A stretch of 64,000 nt of DNA, from NCBI GenBank assembly GCA_947053925.1, contig CAMRUG010000003.1, positions 64,205 through 128,204 on the forward strand, given 5' to 3'. Shown here one piece after another: positions 50,353 through 58,876 of the stretch (position 1 is its first letter; the number at the start of each line of letters is the position of its first letter). The notes below the pieces were generated by a model. That model searched no databases. It saw nothing but the letters and a program-made list of their open reading frames with translations, and was not told the DNA's origin. The DNA comes from an uncultured Clostridia bacterium. GTDB lineage: Bacteria > Bacillota > Clostridia > Christensenellales > CAG-314. The position numbers were made by a program, and so were the translations under genes.

Positions 50353-50423
50353 AAAACGGGTATCCTGTTTCTTTCCGAAATCGTAGCGAAAATCACGAAG
50401 TGAGTCTCGCTCTTATCCTGTTC
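50353..50423 (-). repeat. ~71-nt leader motif, copy 1 (upstream of the recombinase)
   Basis: In the gene sense: gaacaggataag-AGCGA-18 nt-TCGCT-...-aaacagg-ata-cccgttt-TTT, then RBS and ATG. It is the inverted counterpart of 51600-51669. Confidence 0.7.
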
Positions 50424-50498
50424 AAAAATTTAGGACTTTTTCGGCTTTTTAGAGTCAATTATATTTTATCACTTTTACCTAAAAACATCAACAAATAC

Positions 50499-50527
50499 TT
50501 GGCATTTTTTATAAAAAGTGTTATAAT
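50499..50527 (+). promoter_or_regulatory. sigmaA-type promoter (TTGGCA-17-TATAAT)
   Basis: Near-consensus hexamers ~35 nt upstream of the XRE gene. Confidence 0.55.
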
Positions 50528-50560
50528 CTTTACAAGAGTTAAAAGGAGCAATATATTGAT

Positions 50561-50758
50561 ATGACTTTTTCGGAAAAAGTGAAAGCCGTTCGCAATCAAT
50601 TACAATTAACGCAGGAAGAACTCGCCCACAAATTAGGCGTTAGTTTTGCAACGGTTAATCGTTGGGAAAGCGGTTCGTATAAACCGAGCAAAATGGGACA
50701 AAGAATGTTTGAAGAATTTGTAGAAAAGAACAATTTAAATCAGGAGAATAACGAATGA
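50561..50758 (+). CDS. XRE-family helix-turn-helix protein
   Basis: VRNQLQLTQEELAHKLGVSFATVNRWESGSYKPS. Confidence 0.75.
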   Translation: MTFSEKVKAVRNQLQLTQEELAHKLGVSFATVNRWESGSYKPSKMGQRMFEEFVEKNNLNQENNE

Positions 50759-51564
50759 AAAAGTCAATCAACGTACAAGGTTACCCTATCGGAATAAAGG
50801 GTATCGAAAAAGAAAATTATATTTCTTTAACGGATATTGCACGCTTTAAAAATCCGGAAGCGCCTGCCGACGTGGTTAAAAATTGGATGCGTACACGCGC
50901 AACGATAGACTTTCTCGGTCTATGGGAAGAGCTCAATAATCCAAATGTTAACGTGGTCGAAATCGACCAGTTTAAAAATCAAGCGGGGGCAAATGCTTTT
51001 ACGATGTCTCCAAAAAAATGGATTGAAGCGACAAATGCAATCGGTATCTATTCTTCTTCCGGCAAATACGGCGGCGGAACTTTTGCACATCAAGATATAG
51101 CGTTTGAGTTTGCAAGTTGGGTTTCGGCTGAATTTAAGTTGTATCTAATCAAAGAATTCCAGCGGCTTAAAATCAACGAACAAAAAGAACTTGAATGGAA
51201 CAGCAAGCGCGAACTATCAAAAGTTAACTACCATATCCATACCGATGCAATTAAAAGTAATTTAGTCGTTCCGACTTTGAACGATTGGCAAGTCAGTTTC
51301 GTATATGCGTCAGAAGCGGATATACTTAACACTGCTCTATTCGGTAAAACAGCGGCAGATTGGCGAAAAGAAAATCCCGATAAAAAGGGAAACATACGCG
51401 ACTATGCAACCATGGAACAATTGCTTGTAATAGCAAATATGGAAAGTTATAACGCTATTTTAATCGCACAGGGATTACCGCAATCCGAACGATTGAAACT
51501 ATTAAACGCAATGGCTGACAGCCAAATGCAAGTATTGCTGAATAGTCCTAAAAGATTGAAATAA
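50755..51564 (+). CDS. KilA-N domain DNA-binding protein
   Basis: ISLTDIARFKNPEAPADVVKNWMRTRATIDFLGLWEELNNP ... FAHQDIAFEFASWVSAEFKLYLIKEF is typical of KilA-N proteins found next to R-M genes. It overlaps the XRE gene by 4 nt. Confidence 0.6.
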   Translation: MKKSINVQGYPIGIKGIEKENYISLTDIARFKNPEAPADVVKNWMRTRATIDFLGLWEELNNPNVNVVEIDQFKNQAGANAFTMSPKKWIEATNAIGIYSSSGKYGGGTFAHQDIAFEFASWVSAEFKLYLIKEFQRLKINEQKELEWNSKRELSKVNYHIHTDAIKSNLVVPTLNDWQVSFVYASEADILNTALFGKTAADWRKENPDKKGNIRDYATMEQLLVIANMESYNAILIAQGLPQSERLKLLNAMADSQMQVLLNSPKRLK

Positions 51565-51599
51565 GTGAATCAGAGTACTTAAAAATCCCCTTATTTAGG

Positions 51600-51669
51600 G
51601 AACAGGATAAAGGTGGGATTCACTTGGTGTGCATGCCACCCACATAAACACAAACGGGATACCCGTTTT
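51600..51669 (+). repeat. ~70-nt leader motif, copy 2 (upstream of the R-M gene)
   Basis: gaacaggataaa-GGTGG-19 nt-CCACC-...-aaacggg-ata-cccgttt-T, then RBS and ATG 51690. The 30-nt box is 24/30 identical to copy 1, and the hairpin is conserved. Confidence 0.7.
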
Positions 51670-51689
51670 GAGAACAAAAAGGAAATACC

Positions 51690-54600
51690 ATGATTAACAA
51701 AAGTAACTTTAAAGAATTGATTATAAAACTTGGCTTTACGGATAACGGCACATTATTTGTAAAAGAATTCGCGCAATTTTCTTGTTCGATGTCCGTCGAC
51801 TTTGTAAATGAAAAATTAATCTATCCTACTTTTATCGTCGGCAGAGAGCGCAACGATTCTTTTAGCCAAGACGAAAATTTCGTTGTGTTTGAATGTGTAA
51901 ACCGACTTTTAGAAAAAGGTTATCGTCCCGAACATATCGAACTCGAAAAGGTTTGGACTTTGGGACATATTCAAAAAAGCGGGCGTGCCGATATTTGCGT
52001 TTATAATAAAGATAAGTCCGCTATGCTTTTCATCATAGAATGTAAATCTGCAGGTAGAGAGTATAATAAAGCCTTAAAAAACACTTTAAATGACGGCGCA
52101 CAGTTATTTTCCTATTGGCAACAAGAACAATCGACTAAATGGCTTTGCCTTTATCAGTCTGATTATGTGAATAATGAAGTTTGTTACAAAGCGACTACAA
52201 TCAATTGCTCTGACGATAAAAATATAGAAGATTTAGCGAAGAAAGATAAAACCATAAAACTTTATTCTTCCGCCTTTACTGCACCGGAAAAATATTTAGT
52301 ATGGAAAGAAACTTATAATCTTCAAATTCTTGATAATATCATATTTGCAGAAGATACGGTTGCATACGAAATCGGAATAAGGCCTTTACGTAAAAAAGAT
52401 TTAAAAGACTTTTCGCCGGAAGATAAAATAGTAAACCGTTTTGAAGAAATATTGCGCCACAATAACGTAAGCGATAAAGAAAATGCCTTTAATCGGTTAA
52501 TAGCGTTGTTTATTTGTAAACTCGTCGATGAAATAGAAAAATCCGATACAGACGAAGTAGAATTTCAATATAAACTCGGCACAGACACATATGAAAGTCT
52601 GCAAGACAGATTGCAAAGACTTCATAAACAAGGTATGGACGAGTTTATGAAAGAAAAGATTTTCTATGTAGAAAACGATTACGCCGAAAAATTGTTTTTG
52701 CAATACACCGGTTCTAAAAGAAAACAAGCGATAGAAGATTTAAGTAAAACAATAAGAATTTTAAAATTCTATACAAATAACGATTTTGCTTTTAAAGATG
52801 TACATAACGAAGAACTTTTCTTCCAAAACGGTAAAATCTTAGTCGAAGTCGTTCAACTTTTTGAAAATTACAGAATTGTCTATCCTGCAAAACATCAATT
52901 TTTGGGGGATTTGTTCGAACAGTTATTAAATAAAGGTTTTAAGCAAAACGAAGGGCAATTTTTTACTCCTACTCCCATAACCCGTTTTATATGGGATAGT
53001 TTGCCTATTGAAAAAATAATTAAGAACAAAGACAAATACAATTTACCGAGAGTTATCGACTATGCTTGCGGCGCTGGGCATTTCTTAACCGAAGGCGTTG
53101 AAGCAATCAATAGTTATTTTGAACATATCGGTAATGCGGCATTAGTGCAAAATAATGCGTGGGTTGAAACCAATATTTATGGGATAGAGAAGGACTACCG
53201 TTTGGCTCGTGTGTCAAAAGTTTCAATGTTTATGAACGGTGCGGGCGGAGCAAATATTGTTTTTGGGGACGGACTTGAAAACTATCCCGAAAAACAGATT
53301 GAAGCAAATTCGTTTGATATTTTGGTTGCTAATCCGCCGTATTCCGTTGAAGCTTTTAAGCCACATTTAAAATTAAAAAATAATTCTTTTGAATTGTTAA
53401 AAATTATATCTAATAACGGATCGGAAATAGAAACGCTATTTGTTGAACGAATTGCTCAACTTGTAAAGCCAAAAGGTATCGCCGCCGTATTGTTACCTTC
53501 TCCGATACTCTCAAATACTTCATCAAGTTACATTGTAGCACGAGAACAGTTTTTAAAACATTTTCTTATTCGCGCAATTGTCAGTTTAGGTTCGAAAACT
53601 TTTGGGGCAACCGGTACAAATACGGTAATTATGTTTTTGGAAAAACGTGATGAACCGCCCATACAAGAGAAGTTAGTTGAAGATAGTGCTAATGCAATCC
53701 TTTCTAATCTTAATTTAACGGATTGGATTGATAGCGAAATCAAATTACAATATTTATCTCAAATCGGCGTTGCTGATGACGAATACGCTGTATTGATTGA
53801 CGAAAATCAAGATATAAATTTATTGCAAGAATCCGATTATTTTAAAGGATATTTTACCGAATATAACAAAACTAAAAGAAAACAAACGGTAAGAGCGTTT
53901 ATAAAAGAACGGGAATTTAATAAACTCAAATATTTTGCTTTGGTTTGCAAACAAGAAACTTTAATAATCACAGCTCCTGCCGATAATATAAAACAAAAAG
54001 AATTTTTAGGATATGATTGGAGTAATCGCAAGGGTGCCGAAGGAATCGTTATCAATAAATTCGGCGGAATGATGTTTGATGAACAGAACCGATATGCAGA
54101 GAACACATTAGCGTTTCTTATCAAACAATCATTTTTTAACAATAAGTTATCATTGCTAGATAAAGAACATTATTATGCGTATTACGAATTAAAAAATTTA
54201 ATAGATTTTAGTAGATTAGAATTTCATAAAGCGATTAAGATTGTTAATGACAAAAAATTAACAATCAGTAGCAAATACAATTTATTACCGTTGGGACAAA
54301 TCTGCGATGTTCGTATAGGTGGTACTCCTTCTAGAAAAAATATGCAATACTTTACAGGAACTAACTTATGGGTTACCATTGCAGAAATGAATGGTCAAGT
54401 GATTAACGATACTAAAGAGAAAATTACTGAACAAGCAATAAAAAATTCTAACGTAAAACTTATTCCGAAAGGTACAACTCTGTTAAGTTTTAAGTTGAGT
54501 ATTGGGAAAACGGCAATAGCAGGTGTTGATTTATACACAAATGAAGCAATAGCCGCACTTATACCGCTTACAAAAAATTTATTGAATGCGTATTTATTCC

Positions 54601-54857
54601 ATTTATTTCACAGTGGTTTAATAGATTTAACGAATGTTGGAAACAAAGCATTTGGTAAAAGTTTAAATAGCACATATTTAAAAGAAGAAGTAAAAATCCC
54701 AGTACCCCCGCTTGATATTCAAGAAAAGATAATTGCGGAATGTCAAAAAGTTGATGAAGAATATAACTCTACACGCATGACTATCGAAGAATATCGTAGA
54801 AAGATTGAGAAACTATTTCGCGAACTCGACGTAATTTCTGGGGGGGGTATGAGTTAA
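51690..54857 (+). CDS. fused restriction endonuclease - N6-adenine methyltransferase - specificity (TRD1) protein, type IIB/IIG-like; frame ends just after a G8 tract
   Basis: N-terminal PD-(D/E)xK candidate (GRADICVY ... FIIECKS); methylase motif I DYACGAGHFL and motif IV LVANPPYS. The C-terminal HsdS-like TRD is LPLGQICDVRIGGTPSRKN...NEAIAALIP, followed by a conserved helix. Confidence 0.85.
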   Translation: MINKSNFKELIIKLGFTDNGTLFVKEFAQFSCSMSVDFVNEKLIYPTFIVGRERNDSFSQDENFVVFECVNRLLEKGYRPEHIELEKVWTLGHIQKSGRADICVYNKDKSAMLFIIECKSAGREYNKALKNTLNDGAQLFSYWQQEQSTKWLCLYQSDYVNNEVCYKATTINCSDDKNIEDLAKKDKTIKLYSSAFTAPEKYLVWKETYNLQILDNIIFAEDTVAYEIGIRPLRKKDLKDFSPEDKIVNRFEEILRHNNVSDKENAFNRLIALFICKLVDEIEKSDTDEVEFQYKLGTDTYESLQDRLQRLHKQGMDEFMKEKIFYVENDYAEKLFLQYTGSKRKQAIEDLSKTIRILKFYTNNDFAFKDVHNEELFFQNGKILVEVVQLFENYRIVYPAKHQFLGDLFEQLLNKGFKQNEGQFFTPTPITRFIWDSLPIEKIIKNKDKYNLPRVIDYACGAGHFLTEGVEAINSYFEHIGNAALVQNNAWVETNIYGIEKDYRLARVSKVSMFMNGAGGANIVFGDGLENYPEKQIEANSFDILVANPPYSVEAFKPHLKLKNNSFELLKIISNNGSEIETLFVERIAQLVKPKGIAAVLLPSPILSNTSSSYIVAREQFLKHFLIRAIVSLGSKTFGATGTNTVIMFLEKRDEPPIQEKLVEDSANAILSNLNLTDWIDSEIKLQYLSQIGVADDEYAVLIDENQDINLLQESDYFKGYFTEYNKTKRKQTVRAFIKEREFNKLKYFALVCKQETLIITAPADNIKQKEFLGYDWSNRKGAEGIVINKFGGMMFDEQNRYAENTLAFLIKQSFFNNKLSLLDKEHYYAYYELKNLIDFSRLEFHKAIKIVNDKKLTISSKYNLLPLGQICDVRIGGTPSRKNMQYFTGTNLWVTIAEMNGQVINDTKEKITEQAIKNSNVKLIPKGTTLLSFKLSIGKTAIAGVDLYTNEAIAALIPLTKNLLNAYLFHLFHSGLIDLTNVGNKAFGKSLNSTYLKEEVKIPVPPLDIQEKIIAECQKVDEEYNSTRMTIEEYRRKIEKLFRELDVISGGGMS

Positions 54858-54883
54858 GACTATCTGACAGAGAACTATTCAAT

Positions 54884-55363
54884 TTGTTTATCGGAAAGCG
54901 CGTATTAAATAGCGAACTTGTCGAAACAGGATTGCCCGTATTTAGTGCTAATACTTATGAGCCTTTCGGGTATATAAACTCGGATATAGTTAAAGACTTC
55001 TCTACACCTTCGGTTATTTGGGGAATTGACGGGGATTGGATGACGAATACTCTCCCTTCAAATTATGCGTTTTATCCAACGGACCATTGCGGTGTAATTC
55101 GTTTGAAAAAAAGCAATGTAATTGAATACAAATATTTGGCTTGGTTGCTTTTGCAAGAAGGTAAAAAGGCGCGGTTTTCAAGGTCGTATCGGGCTTCAAT
55201 TGATAGGGTAAGTCAAATAAAATTAGCCGTTCCTCCATATGAAAAACAAAAAGAATTTGTTGCTCAAGTTGATGTTTTAGAACAACAAATAGCAGAATTG
55301 GAATCAAAGCTGGGTGCAATAGATAAAGAAAAACAAGACATTATTTCTAAATATTTAAACTGA
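54884..55363 (+). CDS. HsdS-like target recognition domain 2 plus conserved helix (probably the displaced C-terminus of the upstream R-M protein)
   Basis: FIGKRVLNSELVETGLPVFSAN ... TDHCGVIRLK ... KYLAWLLL, then coiled-coil QVDVLEQQIAELESKL. This frame is open from 54809 through the G8 tract (54840-54847). The track start is a TTG, and I saw no RBS upstream of it. Confidence 0.7.
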   Translation: MFIGKRVLNSELVETGLPVFSANTYEPFGYINSDIVKDFSTPSVIWGIDGDWMTNTLPSNYAFYPTDHCGVIRLKKSNVIEYKYLAWLLLQEGKKARFSRSYRASIDRVSQIKLAVPPYEKQKEFVAQVDVLEQQIAELESKLGAIDKEKQDIISKYLN

Positions 55364-55573
55364 TTGGAGTTAAATATGGAACAATCAAAATGGCTGGACG
55401 AAGCATTGGCTTGTTATGAAGAAGAAAAGTCAAAAAACCCAGACTATCTTTCTTTCGATAACACAATGATTAAAGCCTTTGCCCGCCGAATTGTCAGACA
55501 AATAAAAGAACAAATGAAACTCGACAACGAACAATGTGAATTATTGTTAAATGCTATTTTTAAAAGGAGATAA
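55364..55573 (+). CDS. small hypothetical protein
   Basis: 69-aa acidic/helical ORF tightly packed between the S-like ORF and the ImmA-like gene. Confidence 0.4.
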   Translation: MELNMEQSKWLDEALACYEEEKSKNPDYLSFDNTMIKAFARRIVRQIKEQMKLDNEQCELLLNAIFKRR

Positions 55574-55579
55574 TGAGAA

Positions 55580-56737
55580 ATGGCAGAAGCTCTTACAGGC
55601 GTAAACGGCTCAATTATAAAATGGGCTCGCGAATATTACAACATGTCACCAATGGATGCTGCTTACACTATTGGTATTGATTTAGAGCGATATGAAAAAT
55701 GGGAAGAAGGGACAGAGTTTCCCACGTATGCAAAGTTAAAGCAAATAAGTGCTGTATTCCATAAGCCCTGCGCCATTTTCTTCTTTCCTACTCCACCAGA
55801 ATTGCCAAGTATAAAAGGTGATTTGAGAACTCTTCCATCTTCTATTGTGGACACTTTAAGCAAGAATGTAGTTCTTCAATTTGAGAAAGCTAAAGTATAT
55901 CAACTTAATTTGCAAGAGTTATATGGTAGTCGTGAAAGCATAATTGAAAAGTATCAAAATTTACAATTGGACAGAAATGCGCTATGCAAAACATTAAGAC
56001 AGCAATTTGAATTTCCAGTTAGCGCACAAAAAGCAAGAAAATCTGATAAAGTAGTTTTTGAAATATTTAGAGAAAAATTTTATAATTTAGGCATTTATGT
56101 TTTTAAAGATGCTTTTAAAGATAATAGCATATCTGGACTTTGTGTCAACGATAAAAATTATCCTATAATTATAATAAATAATGCGATGTCGTTTGCACGA
56201 CAAAATTTCACATTGTTTCACGAGTTATATCATCTTATTTCTAATACGAGTGGCGTGGAAATTATTCGCGATGAATACTATAATGAACTTAATGACTCTC
56301 AAAAAGCAATAGAGAAAGAATGTGATTGTTTTGCAAATGAATTTTTAGTGCCTACAACAGATTTCGAACTTGAATTAAAAAAACAAGAAATTACAGAAAA
56401 AAGAATTGCAGAATTAGCTACATTGTATTCTGTTAGTAAAGAAGCAATTATGTATAAGCTATATGCGCTTCATATTATTTCAGCAGATGATTATGCCGCA
56501 TTGAAAGAATATTTCTACGGAGATGCTATTCGAAGTAAACAAAATAATGGCGACACAAAGAGCAGTGGGAATTACTATTTTACAAAACTTTCATATTTGG
56601 GGCATCAATATACTGGCGAAGTATTTAGTCAATATTTCTCAGGCAAAATTGATACTTACCGCGCAAGTGAAATGCTATCAAGTAAAGTAGAACATCTCTC
56701 TAAATTGGAAGCGACATTTTTTAGGGGGATTAAATAA
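55580..56737 (+). CDS. ImmA/IrrE-family HTH-Zn-metallopeptidase (COG2856-like)
   Basis: N-terminal XRE-type HTH region (IIKWAREYYNMSPMDAAYTIGIDLERYEKWEEG) and HExxH in FTLFHELYHLISN. Confidence 0.8.
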   Translation: MAEALTGVNGSIIKWAREYYNMSPMDAAYTIGIDLERYEKWEEGTEFPTYAKLKQISAVFHKPCAIFFFPTPPELPSIKGDLRTLPSSIVDTLSKNVVLQFEKAKVYQLNLQELYGSRESIIEKYQNLQLDRNALCKTLRQQFEFPVSAQKARKSDKVVFEIFREKFYNLGIYVFKDAFKDNSISGLCVNDKNYPIIIINNAMSFARQNFTLFHELYHLISNTSGVEIIRDEYYNELNDSQKAIEKECDCFANEFLVPTTDFELELKKQEITEKRIAELATLYSVSKEAIMYKLYALHIISADDYAALKEYFYGDAIRSKQNNGDTKSSGNYYFTKLSYLGHQYTGEVFSQYFSGKIDTYRASEMLSSKVEHLSKLEATFFRGIK

Positions 56738-57219
56738 TGGTTTATGTTATTGATACTTGTGTCTTCCGCAAACTTTTAGATCATTTACCGCGCAAAGGTA
56801 GCTACTTTGAAAAAGTATGGAATAAATTTGAAAATGGAATTATAGCAAAAAATTATATTTCTGTAGATGAATGCTTTAATGAACTAGATAAGCATTACGA
56901 TGATAAAAGTGCAAATGCTCTATGGCTAAAAAAATATAAGAATATGTTCCTATCTCCTACAAACGCGGAATCTTTAATTATAAAGGATATTTTTACATCT
57001 GCCAAAATGAGAGAAAGCGTACATACTAAAAATATTCTTGATAATAGACCTTCCGCGGATGTGTTTTTAGCCGCAAAGGCAAAAACAACAAACGCCATTG
57101 TGGTAACAGTAGAATCATACAAACCTAATTCTGCACAATTACCAAATATATGCGAAAAAATTGGAGTTCAATTTATTAGTTATGACGATTTTATGGAAAT
57201 CTTAATGCAAGATGAATGA
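56737..57219 (+). CDS. DUF4411 (PIN-like) domain protein
   Basis: MVYVIDTCVF N-terminus (PIN-like acidic start). Its size and obligate pairing downstream of an ImmA/IrrE gene match DUF4411. The start overlaps the upstream stop. Confidence 0.55.
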   Translation: MVYVIDTCVFRKLLDHLPRKGSYFEKVWNKFENGIIAKNYISVDECFNELDKHYDDKSANALWLKKYKNMFLSPTNAESLIIKDIFTSAKMRESVHTKNILDNRPSADVFLAAKAKTTNAIVVTVESYKPNSAQLPNICEKIGVQFISYDDFMEILMQDE

Positions 57220-57450
57220 TTCATCAATCCACGCGTTTCGTCCGTTTGTAATTAAAGTTAGGTTCGTTTTTAAGAACGAGCGTTCCACCAAGCGCAGACT
57301 TGCTTATTAGTCGCAACAGATAAGGTACTGAAAACAGTACCTTTTTCTATTGTTTCCTTTTACTGCGTCTGCTTTATCTTAATGATATACGGATAACGAA
57401 ATAATGTAGCGCTCCACTTTGTTTCGCTTACCGTTGCTTAGGCAATCGGA

Positions 57451-57471
57451 CGAGTCCTGTATCGTCCACCA
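57451..57471 (+). repeat. attR core: duplicated 3' end of tRNA-Val
   Basis: cgagtcctgtatcgtccacca is identical to 48889-48909. Confidence 0.85.
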
Positions 57472-57683
57472 AACAATATCCTATTGAAGCCGTAAGGATT
57501 TGAGTGGGTATTGTTTTAGACATTTTATTATTTATCGAAAAACACTGCTTCTATCCCAAGTCAATTTTCCTACTACAGCAAAAGCAATTTCGGAAGCAAT
57601 AATATATGCTTGAATACATTATCAGTTTGTAGTATAATTAAATTCACTTAAAAATAACAAAATCAATTTTACGGTAATACACT

Positions 57684-58355
57684 ATGGAACTGGCAGATAT
57701 AGTTTTTAAAAGAAAAACATACGACGAATCACGTTTGACAGAATACGGTTTTAAAAAAGAACACGACACTCTTATCTACACAACCCCTATTTTAGACGGG
57801 CAATTTTTATTTACGGTAAATATTGTAAACGATAGTATCACAACTGACGTTATAGAACTTTCACTAAACGAGCCCTTTGCCCTTTACCACATAGACGAAG
57901 CTAACGGCGCGTTTGTCGGTCAAATACGGTCAGAAGCAGAAAAAATCCTGTCAGATATTGCAAGCAAATGTTTTGTTACCAGAATTTTTAAAACCGCACA
58001 GGCAAAAATGTGCATTAAATACATACAAAAAAAGTACGACAGCCAGTTAGAATTTTTGTGGCAAAAATTTCCGGATAATGCTATATGGCGTAGGAGCGAC
58101 AACGGCAAATGGTACGGCGCGTTACTTACCGTATCGGCAAAAAAATTAAATATCAATTCTGACGAGACAGTTGAAATAATAGATTTGAGAATGAATCCTG
58201 CAGATAAAGAAATTTTGCTTGACGGTAAAAATTTTTTAGAAGGTTACCATATGAACAAAAATAGCTGGTTTACCGTTATATTAGACGGAAGAGTTCCCGA
58301 CGACAACTTGCAAAAGTTGATTGATAACAGTTTTGTTTTAGCAAAAAAGAAGTAA
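57684..58355 (+). CDS. MmcQ/YjbR-family DNA-binding protein (two-domain)
   Basis: The C-terminal half (LEFLWQKFPDNAIWRRSDNGKWYGALL ... GYHMNKNSWFTVILDG) is typical of YjbR/MmcQ. Confidence 0.65.
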   Translation: MELADIVFKRKTYDESRLTEYGFKKEHDTLIYTTPILDGQFLFTVNIVNDSITTDVIELSLNEPFALYHIDEANGAFVGQIRSEAEKILSDIASKCFVTRIFKTAQAKMCIKYIQKKYDSQLEFLWQKFPDNAIWRRSDNGKWYGALLTVSAKKLNINSDETVEIIDLRMNPADKEILLDGKNFLEGYHMNKNSWFTVILDGRVPDDNLQKLIDNSFVLAKKK

Positions 58356-58541
58356 TATTACAATTCAGCATCAAACAGTATTGTTAAGTAACTTGTGCGT
58401 ATTACCTATTTAGTAAGTGATTAGTGCAATAATAGCATTGGTTAAAAGTATACTAATAAGTATTTGGTTTGTTAGACCAACGAAGCATTTTGTATTATTT
58501 GAATATTTTGACTGTAATTTGTAAAAATTTGTTTCAAATAA

Positions 58542-58570
58542 TTGACACAAAACAATAATAATGTTATTAT
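58542..58570 (+). promoter_or_regulatory. sigmaA-type promoter (TTGACA-17-TATTAT) for the tRNA cluster
   Basis: Consensus -35, 17-nt spacer and a good -10, 25 nt before tRNA-Ala. Confidence 0.55.
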
Positions 58571-58594
58571 TTATAGGCGCTTGACGAATTATAC

Positions 58595-58670
58595 GGGGGT
58601 GTAGCTCAGCTGGGAGAGCACCTGCCTTGCAAGCAGGGGGTCAGCGGTTCGATCCCGCTCATCTCCACCA
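58595..58670 (+). tRNA. tRNA-Ala (TGC)
   Basis: 76-nt cloverleaf: GGGGGTG/CATCTCC acceptor with G3:U70, anticodon loop CTTGCAA, T-arm AGCGG-TTCGATC-CCGCT and CCA. Confidence 0.95.
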
Positions 58671-58782
58671 CTCGTCAAGCGCAATATTAAAGTGTGGCTT
58701 TCAATGCTTAAAGCACTGCATAAATGCGCAATACATTGGGCAACAGCAGAGTAAATGCCCACAACTTAATACTTCCAATTAT

Positions 58783-58813
58783 AGGAGCATAGCTCAGCAG
58801 GTTAGAGCACCAC
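58783..58813 (+). pseudogene. truncated tRNA-Ile 5' fragment (acceptor 5' strand + D-arm + start of the anticodon stem)
   Basis: aggagcatagctcagcaggttagagcaccac is identical to the first 31 nt of tRNA-Ile at 58877, but it lacks a T-arm and a 3' acceptor strand. Its ~42-nt upstream flank is also duplicated. Confidence 0.75.
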
Positions 58814-58876
58814 AATGCAACACAGGGTGGTGAACAACGGCAGAGTAAGTGCCAAAAACTTAATATTTCCAATTAT

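Larger units (their letters stand above)
48889..57471. mobile_element. ~8.5-kb integrated island in the 3' end of tRNA-Val (serine-recombinase type), carrying defence cargo
   Basis: Perfect 21-bp direct repeats cgagtcctgtatcgtccacca at 48889-48909 (inside the tRNA) and 57451-57471. The recombinase gene abuts the tRNA. Cargo is R-M, XRE/KilA-N and ImmA/DUF4411. Confidence 0.75.

Noticed and set aside
50353-50370. The hairpins aaacagg-ata-cccgttt and aaacggg-ata-cccgttt as simple independent terminators
   Set aside because: This is not adequate as a sole explanation. Each hairpin lies upstream of, not after, the gene it faces. Each also sits at the same distance from a conserved 30-nt box, so I report them as part of a composite duplicated leader.
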